64,000 nt of DNA, from positions 127,212 to 191,211 of the forward strand of contig PJFB01000006.1 of NCBI GenBank assembly GCA_003574895.1, read 5' to 3'. Origin of the DNA: Geobacter sp. GTDB taxonomy: Bacteria > Desulfobacterota > Desulfuromonadia > Geobacterales > Pseudopelobacteraceae. Below the pieces are notes generated by a model. The model did not search any database. It saw only the letters and a program-made list of their open reading frames with translations, and had not been told where the DNA came from. Below are positions 47,815-56,923 of this stretch, piece after piece (position 1 is the stretch's first letter; each line of letters starts with the position of its first letter). Both the position numbers and the translations under genes were made by a program.

Positions 47815-48279
47815 ATGTCACTGGAAGGTAAAAAGGCGCCGGACTTCTCGCTGGATGGGAGCGACGGCAAGCGGCATGCATTGAAGGATTACGCAGGCAA
47901 GACGGTAATCATCTATTTCTACCCCAGGGATAACACCCCCGGCTGCACCAAGGAAGCATGCGGCTTCAGGGACAATTACTCCGAGTTGCTCACCAGGGGG
48001 ATCGTCCTGCTGGGAGTCAGCAAGGACAGCCTGGCAGCGCACAACAAGTTCATCGGTGCCTTCAGCCTGCCCTTTCCGCTGCTCTCAGACCCGGACGCAG
48101 CCATGATGCAGGCCTATGGGGCATTCGGGGAAAAGGTCATGTACGGCAAAAAGACCACGGGCACCATCCGCTCCACCGTGGTCATCGGGCCGGACGGGGT
48201 TGTGAAAAAACATTGGACCAAGGTGGCCAAGGCGGATCAGCACCCTGCCCAGGTATTGGAATACATACAATCATCATAA
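47815..48279 (+). CDS. bcp: Thiol peroxidase Bcp (peroxiredoxin Q)
   Basis: APDFSL...YFYPRDNTPGCTKEACGF motif. Confidence 0.85.
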   Translation: MSLEGKKAPDFSLDGSDGKRHALKDYAGKTVIIYFYPRDNTPGCTKEACGFRDNYSELLTRGIVLLGVSKDSLAAHNKFIGAFSLPFPLLSDPDAAMMQAYGAFGEKVMYGKKTTGTIRSTVVIGPDGVVKKHWTKVAKADQHPAQVLEYIQSS

Positions 48280-48309
48280 ACAGTCATCGTTTTTGCAACG
48301 GAGGATCCC

Positions 48310-48897
48310 ATGAAACGCTTCATCTGCATACTGGTCGGTTTGGCACTGCTCTCCCCGCTCACTGCGCTGGCATCCAACTGGGAGATCGATCCGGTCCATA
48401 CCACCCTGCAATTCAAGGTCCGGCACCTGATGATCAGCAACGTCAAGGGTGGCTTCGAGAAGTTCAGCGGCAAGCTCTATCTGGACGACAAGGACATCAC
48501 CAAGTCCAAGGTCGATATCAACATCGACACCGCCTCGATCAACACCAACATCCAGAAGCGTGACGATGACCTGCGCAGCGCGAATTTCTTCGAAGTGGCC
48601 AAGTATCCCGTCATGACTTTCACATCCACCAAGGTCGAAAAGGCCGGCAACGGCAAACTGAAAGTCACCGGCAACCTGACCATCAAGGGCAATACCCGCC
48701 CGGTGGTGCTGGATGTGGACGGGCCGACCCCTGAAATCAAGGACCCATGGGGCGGCATCCGGCGCGGCGCATCGGCGGCCACCACCATCGACCGCAAGGA
48801 CTTTGGCCTGACCTGGAACAAGACCATGGATAACGGCGGCTTGATCGTCGGCGACGAGGTGGCCATTCAATTGGAAGTGGAGTTTGTGAAAAAATAG
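48310..48897 (+). CDS. YceI-family periplasmic protein
   Basis: Signal peptide. YceI pattern (WEIDPVHTTLQFKVRH...GxFxxF). Confidence 0.8.
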   Translation: MKRFICILVGLALLSPLTALASNWEIDPVHTTLQFKVRHLMISNVKGGFEKFSGKLYLDDKDITKSKVDINIDTASINTNIQKRDDDLRSANFFEVAKYPVMTFTSTKVEKAGNGKLKVTGNLTIKGNTRPVVLDVDGPTPEIKDPWGGIRRGASAATTIDRKDFGLTWNKTMDNGGLIVGDEVAIQLEVEFVKK

Positions 48898-48922
48898 TCC
48901 CGATTGATAAAATGACATGCAA

Positions 48923-48957
48923 AAGCCCCAAGCTACAAAGCGAGGGGCTTTTGTTTT
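48923..48957. terminator. Bidirectional Rho-independent terminator between yceI-like and hpt
   Basis: AAGCCCC-loop-GGGGCTT with flanking A and T tracts. Confidence 0.55.
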
Positions 48958-48991
48958 ACAGACTTCCGGGCGGCGCCGGAAACGCTTCCCG

Positions 48992-49543
48992 CTACAGACC
49001 TTTCACGGCATAAATCCCCGGTGCATTGCGCCAATATCCCTTGTAGTCCAGGCCATAGCCGAAGAGGAAGCGGTCGCCCACCTCCAGGCCGGAGAAATCG
49101 GCCCGCATGCCGGGCTTTACCTTGCGCAGGTGGAGCTTTTCCACCAGCACCGCCAGCAACACCTCTTGGGCACCTTGCCCGTAACAGTAGCGGGCAAGGG
49201 AGTCCAGGGTCACCCCTTCGTCCAGGATGTCGTCCATAATCAGTACTGTCCGCCCGGCCATGTCCCGCTGGGGCATGGCCTTCCAGGTCAGTCCGCCGCC
49301 CGTTGTCTCGTTACCGTAGCGGGTGGCCTGGGTATAGTCGATCTCCAGCGGGAAATGCAACTTCGGCAGCAGCTGGCCGGAAATTATCAGGCCGCCGTTC
49401 ATGACGCATAACACCAAGGGGCGGCTATCCCGCAACCTGCCGGTGATCTCCGCAGCCATCCGATCGATGGCGCGGTCAACCTCTCCCTGCGAAGCCAGGA
49501 GATCGGCCTCCTCCAGCACTTTCCACAACTCTTTGCTATCCAT
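48992..49543 (-). CDS. hpt: Hypoxanthine phosphoribosyltransferase
   Basis: PRPP-binding motif VLIMDDILDEGVTL. ~180-aa length. Confidence 0.85.
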   Translation of the reverse strand: MDSKELWKVLEEADLLASQGEVDRAIDRMAAEITGRLRDSRPLVLCVMNGGLIISGQLLPKLHFPLEIDYTQATRYGNETTGGGLTWKAMPQRDMAGRTVLIMDDILDEGVTLDSLARYCYGQGAQEVLLAVLVEKLHLRKVKPGMRADFSGLEVGDRFLFGYGLDYKGYWRNAPGIYAVKGL

Positions 49544-50438
49544 GTATGCTCCCTCCCACTACACGCTCGATCCCGGCGGGATCGCGAGCGGTAAATAGTT
49601 CCGTGAATCCGTTGGCCTTGAACAGCTCCATCACCGACCCGGCCTGGCCGATACCGATCTCCACCAGAAGCCAGCCTCCCGGATTCAGGTAGTCCGGCAC
49701 CACCGGCACCAGCATGCGATAGGCGTCCAGGCCGTCGGGTCCGCCATCCAGCGCGCCACGCGGTTCGAAATCCCTTACCTCGGGCTGCAGCCCGCCAATA
49801 TCGGCCGTGGGAATATAGGGGGGATTGGAAACGATCAGATCAAAGCGGCGCCCGCCAACCGGCCCTAACATCGAACCTGAAAGAAATTCGATGTCCACTC
49901 CGTTCTTCAGTGCGTTGCGCCGGGCAATGGCCAGTGCCGGCTCCGAGATGTCGGTGCCCGTCACCATGGCATTGGGAAGCTGTTTTGCCAGGGCAACCGC
50001 GATACAACCGCTGCCCACGCCGATATCCAGGATGTTGCGGCTGGCCGGCATCCTGGCCACCGCCTCCATCACCAGTGTTTCGGTATCGTAGCGGGGTATC
50101 AGCACCTCGGGCGTGACTTCGAATTCCAGGCCGCAGAACTCCTGGCTGCCCAGGATGTACTGCAAAGGCTCGTGCCTGGCCCGACGCGTGACCATGGCCC
50201 GATAAGCGGTCAATTCATCCTCGTTCAGCGGCTTCTCGAAGCTGAGATAGAGCCCGACCCGGTCAAGGCCGGTGGCCTCGCACAACATCCATTCCGCTTC
50301 CAGCCGGGAGTTCTTGATCCCTTTAGCGGCAAGGTATTCCTTGGTCCAGTCAAGGACCTTCAGGGTCGTCCAGATTTCCGGTTGCGTCATGTCGTCATCC
50401 TGATAGAGATGTCGGATAGTATCCCATTGAACGGTCAC
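49536..50438 (-). CDS. prmC: Release factor glutamine methyltransferase
   Basis: NPPY motif (VSNPPYIP) and SAM-binding DIGVGSGCI. Confidence 0.85.
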   Translation of the reverse strand: MTVQWDTIRHLYQDDDMTQPEIWTTLKVLDWTKEYLAAKGIKNSRLEAEWMLCEATGLDRVGLYLSFEKPLNEDELTAYRAMVTRRARHEPLQYILGSQEFCGLEFEVTPEVLIPRYDTETLVMEAVARMPASRNILDIGVGSGCIAVALAKQLPNAMVTGTDISEPALAIARRNALKNGVDIEFLSGSMLGPVGGRRFDLIVSNPPYIPTADIGGLQPEVRDFEPRGALDGGPDGLDAYRMLVPVVPDYLNPGGWLLVEIGIGQAGSVMELFKANGFTELFTARDPAGIERVVGGSIHG

Positions 50439-50533
50439 TCTCCAGAAAAAAACAATGCGAAGACCAGCTGATAAAAAAGGCCGCGTCCAGCGATGGGAAG
50501 CGGCCTTTATTCTTGGACAGCAGGTAAGCTCTC

Positions 50534-51190
50534 TTATTTCAAGGTCTTGTCGCCTGGTTTCCAGTTGAGGGGGCAGAGCTGCTCGGTCTGGAGCGCGCTG
50601 AGCACGCGCAGGGTCTCTTCCACGCTGCGCCCGACCTTGTCGCTGTGAACCACCAGATACTGGACCACTCCGGTCGGATCGATGATGAAAAGACCGCGAC
50701 GGGCTGTGCCGTGCTCTTCGTCCAGCACCCCATAGGCCTTTGCGGTCTGTTTGGTGAAGTCAGACAGCAGCGGGTATTGCAGCTTGTCCAGGGTACCGCT
50801 CTTGATCCATGCCAGGTGGGAATAAACGCTGTCTTCGGAGACTGCCAGCACTTCGGCATTCAGTTTTTTGAATTCGCCCAACGCCTTGTTGAATCCCCTG
50901 ATCTCGGTGGGGCAGACAAAGGTGAAATCGCCGGGATAAAAGAACAGCACCACCCATTTACCCTTGTAGTCGCTCAGCGCGACCTTCTTGATTTCCAGGT
51001 CAACCACCCCGTTCAGGGCAAACCTGGGAGCCGGGGAGCCTATCTCCGCTTTTGCAGCTTCATACATGCTGGGCATGGCCATACCGCTGGCATGGGAATT
51101 GGAGCTGGCAACTGCATTTCCCGTTTCAATGCCAAAGACCAAAACGGCAAGGAACAAGGTAATAGTTAGCGATATTATTTTCATTAGCAA
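50534..51190 (-). CDS. Periplasmic 2-Cys peroxiredoxin (AhpC/TSA family)
   Basis: Signal peptide. FTFVCPTE peroxidatic motif. Confidence 0.8.
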   Translation of the reverse strand: MLMKIISLTITLFLAVLVFGIETGNAVASSNSHASGMAMPSMYEAAKAEIGSPAPRFALNGVVDLEIKKVALSDYKGKWVVLFFYPGDFTFVCPTEIRGFNKALGEFKKLNAEVLAVSEDSVYSHLAWIKSGTLDKLQYPLLSDFTKQTAKAYGVLDEEHGTARRGLFIIDPTGVVQYLVVHSDKVGRSVEETLRVLSALQTEQLCPLNWKPGDKTLK

Positions 51191-51346
51191 CCTCCTGACA
51201 CATGAAATTTAAATTATTATAAACATACCCCTGCACTTCGCGTTTGGCAATCTTAGAAAAAGAAGTTTAATTTTATAGGCCAATGTGATAAACAGCCAGA
51301 TTGACAACTGAAATCAAGCACGCAATTCACGGGAGGTATCTAAATA

Positions 51347-51859
51347 ATGTCAGAACAGAATCCGCAGGTCATGTTGGAAACATCCATGGGAGATATCAAG
51401 ATCGAACTTTTCAAGGACAAGGCTCCAATAACGGCCAAGAATTTTCTTAATTACGTCAAGGAAGGCTATTATGACGGATTGATCTTTCACCGGGTAATCA
51501 AGGAGTTCATGATTCAAGGTGGTGGCATGAACGAAGCGCTTGAACAGAAAAAGACCTCCTACGCCATCAAGAACGAGGCGACAAACGGCCTTTCCAACAA
51601 GCGCGGCACCCTGGCCATGGCCCGCACCGCCGTGGTGGACTCCGCCACATCCCAATTTTTCATCAATGTGGTTGACAATACTTTTCTCGATCACCAGGGC
51701 AAACAACAGGACCGTTTCGGTTACTGCGTTTTCGGCCAGGTATTGGAAGGGATGGAGGTCGTGGACCAGATCCGCGCCGTTAAAACCGGCTCCACCAAAG
51801 GACACTCCGACGTCCCGCTGGAAGCGGTCGTGATCAAGACAGCCAGGCTGATCGAATAG
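51347..51859 (+). CDS. ppiB: Peptidyl-prolyl cis-trans isomerase (cyclophilin type)
   Basis: FHRVIKEFMIQGG and the cyclophilin fold pattern. Confidence 0.85.
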   Translation: MSEQNPQVMLETSMGDIKIELFKDKAPITAKNFLNYVKEGYYDGLIFHRVIKEFMIQGGGMNEALEQKKTSYAIKNEATNGLSNKRGTLAMARTAVVDSATSQFFINVVDNTFLDHQGKQQDRFGYCVFGQVLEGMEVVDQIRAVKTGSTKGHSDVPLEAVVIKTARLIE

Positions 51860-51891
51860 CATACCGGTCACTTTTCGCACTGAACGGCATG

Positions 51892-51926
51892 GCCCCGTCT
51901 CTCCACCAGGAGGCGGGGCTTTTTTT
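51892..51926 (+). terminator. Rho-independent terminator after ppiB
   Basis: GCCCCGTCTC-ccaccag-GAGGCGGGGC followed by T7. Confidence 0.55.
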
Positions 51927-52058
51927 AATTCGCCCGCCTTTTCATTTATCATTTTTAAAATGTCCTGTTGAAAGAGCATCACATTTACGCTAAAGTATTT
52001 TTTTGTCCGGTGATCTACAGCATCTGCACCATATACATTATCAGGAGGGAAACCGTTC

Positions 52059-52532
52059 ATGAGCGAGAATCAAGTTTGCTACACCTTTGACGCAGCCGTG
52101 GAAAAAGCCATAGAGATGGAGGACGAAGGGTTCCGTCACTATCTCGCTGCAATCCGCAAGGTAACAAACAAGGGGGCCCGCGAAATCCTGAGGGACAATG
52201 CCCTTGACGAATTGGAACATAAGCACCAGTTGGAAAAAGCGCTTCTGGAAGGTCGCATGGACGGCGGAGACGCCCTTGATCAGCCAGTCCCCACCATGGG
52301 CCTGGACTATATCTTCAAAAAGGAAGAACTGGGGCCAAACTCCGGCGTGCGAGAGGCACTGATCTACGCCATTCATCTGGAAAAAGAGGCCGTGAGTTTC
52401 TACGGCAAAATTGCCAATGGTTGCGCGGGCGCTCCCATGGGCAACCTGTTTGTTCAGCTGTGCAAAGAAGAAAGCCGTCATCTCCAGGCCCTTGAAGACC
52501 TGTTCGAACAACACTTCATGACTGAAAACTGA
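52059..52532 (+). CDS. Ferritin-like/rubrerythrin-family protein (no rubredoxin domain)
   Basis: Paired E...ExxH di-iron motifs (EDEGFRHY, EKEAVSFY, EESRH). Confidence 0.65.
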   Translation: MSENQVCYTFDAAVEKAIEMEDEGFRHYLAAIRKVTNKGAREILRDNALDELEHKHQLEKALLEGRMDGGDALDQPVPTMGLDYIFKKEELGPNSGVREALIYAIHLEKEAVSFYGKIANGCAGAPMGNLFVQLCKEESRHLQALEDLFEQHFMTEN

Positions 52533-52742
52533 TCCACCCGGGTGGTGCGGTGCAAACCGCCGCACCACCTCCCCCACTCCCCACCGCTGCCCGTTTGCCC
52601 AAGACACCGATCCCAGGCATTATTTACCCATGCGCTTGACAATCCAATTGCTGCCCGCAAAATAGTCCTATGTTTGTCCGGTTGAACACCACACAAGGCC
52701 TTTCCTGCGCATAAATCGCCATGAAACAGCCATGGAGCTCCA

Positions 52743-54266
52743 ATGCCATTCTACCCTCCGATAACGCCAGACACGGTGGAAAACCGGGAACTGTGCCGCA
52801 ATGTGCATCCTCCGGATTGGATCAATCCCGTACCGGCCCAATGCTACAACCTGGTGGTCATCGGAGCCGGCACGGCCGGCTTGGTCTGTGCCGCCGGGGC
52901 CGCCTCCCTGGGGGCAAAGGTGGCCTTGATCGAGCGCAACCTGCTGGGTGGCGATTGCCTCAATTACGGCTGTGTTCCATCCAAAGGCATCATCCGCGCT
53001 GCCAGAGCGATCCATGACGCCCGCCATTCCGGTGAATTCGGAGTGTCGGGCTCCCAAGGACTGGCCATCGACTTCAGCGCGGCAATGGAACGCATGCGCC
53101 GCCTGCGCAGCAATATCAGCAGCCATGACTCGGCCAGGCGTTTCAGGGACGAACTGGGGGTGGACGTCTTCATCGGGGAGGGAAAATTCACTGCCAGGGA
53201 TTGCGTGGAAGTGGAAGGAAAGCGGCTCCTGTTCAAAAAGGCCGCTGTCTGCACCGGTGCCAGGGCCACGGCTCCTCCCATAACAGGGCTGGAGGATGCG
53301 GGGTACCTCACCAACGAAACAATCTTTTCCATCACTGAACTGCCACGGCGACTGGCTGTCATCGGTGCCGGACCCATCGGCTGCGAACTGGCCCAAGCCT
53401 TTGCCCGTTTCGGCAGCCGGGTATCCCTGATCGAGACGGGGCAGCAGATCCTGGGCCGCGAAGATCGGGACGCCGCAGCAATCCTGCAGTCTGCTCTTCT
53501 CACTGAAGGGATCGAGCTTTATCTGGGCGCCGGGATTATTGGCGTGGAGCTCAGGGGAAATGAGCGTTTGCTGCACCTGGAGCTGAACGGGCGGCAGGTG
53601 GATGTGCCCGCCGATGCGATTCTGGTTGGCGTCGGCCGCAGCCCCAACCTGGAGGGAATGGCGCTGGAAGCAGCCGGCATTGCCTATGACCGCAACGGGG
53701 TGATCGTGGATGAGCGTTTATGCACCAGCAACTCCAACGTCTATGCGGCCGGCGATATCTGTTCCCCCTACAAGTTCACCCACACCGCCGACGCCATGGC
53801 GCGGCTATTGCTCGCCAATGCCCTGTTCATGGGGCGGCGAAAGAGTTCGGCCATGACCATACCCTGGTGCACCTATACGGACCCGGAGATCGCCCATGTG
53901 GGGATGTACGACAAGGACGCCAAGGCAAAGGGGATTGAAGTAACCACTCTGACCGTGCCGCTCAGCGAGGTGGACCGGGCTGTTCTGGATGGCGAAACCG
54001 CGGGGTTTGCCAGGGTGCATCTGCGCAAGGGTACGGACAGGATTCTGGGAGCAACCATTGTGGCCCGCCACGCGGGAGAGATGATCAACGAGTTCTCCCT
54101 GGCCATAACCTCCGGCCTCGGTCTTGCCGCCATCGGGGAAACGATCCATCCCTACCCGACCCAGGCCGAGGTTGCAAAAAAACTGGCCGACGCCTATAAC
54201 AGGACCAGGCTTACGCCGCTTGTCAAACGGATGCTGGCCGGTTGGCTGAGTTGGCAGCGGAGATGA
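52743..54266 (+). CDS. FAD-dependent pyridine nucleotide-disulfide oxidoreductase (dihydrolipoyl dehydrogenase/mercuric reductase-like)
   Basis: GAGTAG FAD motif. Redox disulfide GGDCLNYGCVPSK. A second Rossmann GAGPIGCE. C-terminal dimerisation HP motif. Confidence 0.8.
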   Translation: MPFYPPITPDTVENRELCRNVHPPDWINPVPAQCYNLVVIGAGTAGLVCAAGAASLGAKVALIERNLLGGDCLNYGCVPSKGIIRAARAIHDARHSGEFGVSGSQGLAIDFSAAMERMRRLRSNISSHDSARRFRDELGVDVFIGEGKFTARDCVEVEGKRLLFKKAAVCTGARATAPPITGLEDAGYLTNETIFSITELPRRLAVIGAGPIGCELAQAFARFGSRVSLIETGQQILGREDRDAAAILQSALLTEGIELYLGAGIIGVELRGNERLLHLELNGRQVDVPADAILVGVGRSPNLEGMALEAAGIAYDRNGVIVDERLCTSNSNVYAAGDICSPYKFTHTADAMARLLLANALFMGRRKSSAMTIPWCTYTDPEIAHVGMYDKDAKAKGIEVTTLTVPLSEVDRAVLDGETAGFARVHLRKGTDRILGATIVARHAGEMINEFSLAITSGLGLAAIGETIHPYPTQAEVAKKLADAYNRTRLTPLVKRMLAGWLSWQRR

Positions 54267-54946
54267 GCATGGCCCCTAAAAAGATATTCCTGTTGATAGT
54301 CACAGCCACCATGGTCGGGCTCTTCTTTTGGCTCGATTTGGGGCGTTTTTTGACTCTGGCTGCCCTCAAAGCCAACCGCCAGGCTCTCTACGACTACTAT
54401 GCGGCCCATAAAATACTGACCGTAACGGCATTCATGGCTATCTACATCGTGCAGACCGCCCTGTCCCTGCCAGGAGCCGCCATCCTGTCCCTGGCAGCCG
54501 GAGCTCTCTTCGGTGCTGTCATGGGAACGGTCTATGCCAATATCGCCGCCACCTCCGGAGCTGTCCTGGCCTTCCTGGTCACCCGTTATTTTCTGCGGGA
54601 CGCGGTACTGGCCAGGTTCGGCCGGCACCTGGAAAATATAAACCGGGAGCTGCAGGCGCGCGGCTTCAACTACCTGCTCTTTCTGCGGCTGGTACCGGTC
54701 TTCCCCTTTTTCCTGATCAACCTGGCAGCCGGCTTGACCCGCCTCCCGCTACGCACCTTTGTGCTCGGGACCATGATCGGCATAATCCCGGGCGGCTTTG
54801 TCTACTGCAACGCCGGAGCCAGCCTGGCAACGGTCACCTCGCTGCATGGCATAGTATCGCCGCGAGTGCTCGGCTCCTTTGCCCTGCTGGGATTGTTCGC
54901 CTTGCTTCCGGCCCTGTATTCCAAATTCAAAGGTAGAACGGGCTGA
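54263..54946 (+). CDS. DedA/TVP38-family membrane protein
   Basis: FRLVPVFPFFLINLAAGLTRLP signature. Translationally coupled (ATGA) to the oxidoreductase. Confidence 0.75.
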   Translation: MSMAPKKIFLLIVTATMVGLFFWLDLGRFLTLAALKANRQALYDYYAAHKILTVTAFMAIYIVQTALSLPGAAILSLAAGALFGAVMGTVYANIAATSGAVLAFLVTRYFLRDAVLARFGRHLENINRELQARGFNYLLFLRLVPVFPFFLINLAAGLTRLPLRTFVLGTMIGIIPGGFVYCNAGASLATVTSLHGIVSPRVLGSFALLGLFALLPALYSKFKGRTG

Positions 54947-55105
54947 ATACCGTCCACAGCGCCAGTATTCTACGTTGATCATTAATTATTATATATGATT
55001 CTCTTGTAACCTTTGCTATTATAGGGACTCTTATTGAGTGCAGACATAGACAATGCGATTGTGTTCACCGCAATGATGCGGTAATTCCAATACAAGGAGC
55101 TTGTT

Positions 55106-55879
55106 ATGAAATGTGTAGCACTGATTCGCAACTTGTTTGTTCCTTTCCTCCTTCTTGCAGCAGTTGTCGCAGCACCCGTTCAAGCAGATGAGATCAAACT
55201 GAGTGGTGGCGGCGGACCATTGGACAGCGTTATCAATCCGGTTAAAGACTCTTTCGAAAAATCCTCTGGGCATAAAATAACCATTTTGTTCGGCAGTTCA
55301 ACGCTGGCTTTCAAGCAGCTTCACAGTGGCGGATCCGATGTGTCGATGGCCGGCTCAAGCTTTGCTGACCTGCTGGTAGCTCTCAAGAAAGAAGGCTTCG
55401 AGGTGCAGGATCCTTCGTCCTTCCAGAATGTCACGGTCGGAAAAGGGGTAATCCGCACCATCGTCAACAAGGCAAACCCTGTTGCAAAATTGTCCAAGGA
55501 GCAACTCAAGGGAATCTTCACCGGCAAGATAGCGAATTGGAAGGAAGTCGGCGGTAACGACATGCCGATCATCGTCGTAATTTCCAATACCAATCCGTCA
55601 ACAGTAGGCATGTTCAAGAAAAACGTCCTCGACAACGAGCCATTTACCAAGGAAGTTCTTGAAATGGGGCGTTTCGAGGAATTGCGCAGCGCAGTGGAAA
55701 CAAATGCCGAAGCGATCGCTTTCGGTTCCTCCTCCATACTTGGGCCCAATGTAACCGGCGTGGAGACCCCCGAGATTTCCCGGCCAATCATCATGATTAC
55801 CAAGGGAGCGCCTTCCCCCAAAGTCCAGATGCTCGTGGATTTCATCAAGGGGCCAGGCAAAAGCCTAGTCAAGGAATGA
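55106..55879 (+). CDS. PstS-like (PBP superfamily) periplasmic substrate-binding protein, paralog 1
   Basis: Signal peptide. PBP-like fold motifs (GGGGPLDSVINPVKDSFEK...FGSSTLA...KEQLKGIFTGKIANWKEVGG). Confidence 0.7.
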   Translation: MKCVALIRNLFVPFLLLAAVVAAPVQADEIKLSGGGGPLDSVINPVKDSFEKSSGHKITILFGSSTLAFKQLHSGGSDVSMAGSSFADLLVALKKEGFEVQDPSSFQNVTVGKGVIRTIVNKANPVAKLSKEQLKGIFTGKIANWKEVGGNDMPIIVVISNTNPSTVGMFKKNVLDNEPFTKEVLEMGRFEELRSAVETNAEAIAFGSSSILGPNVTGVETPEISRPIIMITKGAPSPKVQMLVDFIKGPGKSLVKE

Positions 55880-55885
55880 CCGGCA

Positions 55886-55927
55886 AGCGGGCTGAGATTC
55901 GCCACCATTCTCAGCCCGCTTTATTTG
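55886..55927 (+). terminator. Rho-independent terminator
   Basis: AGCGGGCTGAGA-loop-TCTCAGCCCGCT followed by TTATTTG. Confidence 0.55.
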
Positions 55928-56073
55928 CCACGAAATTATGCAAAACTCGCCCAACGTACACCTTTCTCTCTAAAAATTTGCAGACATACTGTATTTAGCA
56001 CATGCAACCATTTTCTTTTTATGCTAGGAATACAATGCCGTTTTAAATAAATCCAACAAGTTGGGGGCGTCTA

Positions 56074-56832
56074 ATGAAGATTTCACTGCGCGTAATCTTT
56101 TCATTCCTGCTGATCTCTTGCGTATCCAGTACCTGTCTTGCCGAAGAACTGCGGATCGGCGCCGGCGCAGCACCGACCGAAAACGTGCTCAAACCGATCA
56201 AGGCAGCCTTTGAAAAGGCAACCGGCATCTCGCTGGCCGTAATATCCAACGGCCCCAAACAAGCCTTTCTAGATTTGGACAAGGGTAGTTTCGATGCCGC
56301 TGCTGCCGGACTCAGCTACGAAGAATGGCAGAAACTGATGAAGAAGGAAGGCAATGAGATCAAGGACCCTGCCGCCTACCAGAGCGTGTTGATCGGCAAG
56401 GACCGCATTGCCGTTATTACCAACAAGGACAACCGGATCGAGAAGCTTTCCAAGGAGCAACTCCAGGGGATCTTTACCGGAAAAATCAGCAACTGGAAGG
56501 ACGTGGGGGGCAAGGACATGCCGATCCTGGTCATCTGGGGCACCTTGATACCGGGTACGAATACGATGTTCGGCAAGGTTATGCTGGATGGGGCGGCGCC
56601 GACCAAGGAAGTGCTTGAGGCCACCACTGCCGAAGATATAAAGGACAAGATCAAGTCAAACCTTGAAGCCATCGGGATCGGGCCGGCAGCAATCGTGGAC
56701 ACCCAGGTCTGGTCGCCCCAGACACCGGAAGTTGCGCGCCCAATTACCCTTTTGACCAAGGGAGCGCCCTCCCCAAAGGTCAAAAAGCTCATCGATTTCA
56801 TCAACGGCGAAGGCAAGTCGCTAATCAAATAG
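56074..56832 (+). CDS. PstS-like periplasmic substrate-binding protein, paralog 2
   Basis: Same motifs as paralog 1 (KEQLQGIFTGKISNWKDVGG). Signal peptide. Confidence 0.7.
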   Translation: MKISLRVIFSFLLISCVSSTCLAEELRIGAGAAPTENVLKPIKAAFEKATGISLAVISNGPKQAFLDLDKGSFDAAAAGLSYEEWQKLMKKEGNEIKDPAAYQSVLIGKDRIAVITNKDNRIEKLSKEQLQGIFTGKISNWKDVGGKDMPILVIWGTLIPGTNTMFGKVMLDGAAPTKEVLEATTAEDIKDKIKSNLEAIGIGPAAIVDTQVWSPQTPEVARPITLLTKGAPSPKVKKLIDFINGEGKSLIK

Positions 56833-56923
56833 GCAACATTCCATCGTGTCTTTAAGGCACGTGTGATTCACCTCCAACTACTCCGGATCATCCAGGACGT
56901 TGCTAAAACAAAGGAATTACCAC

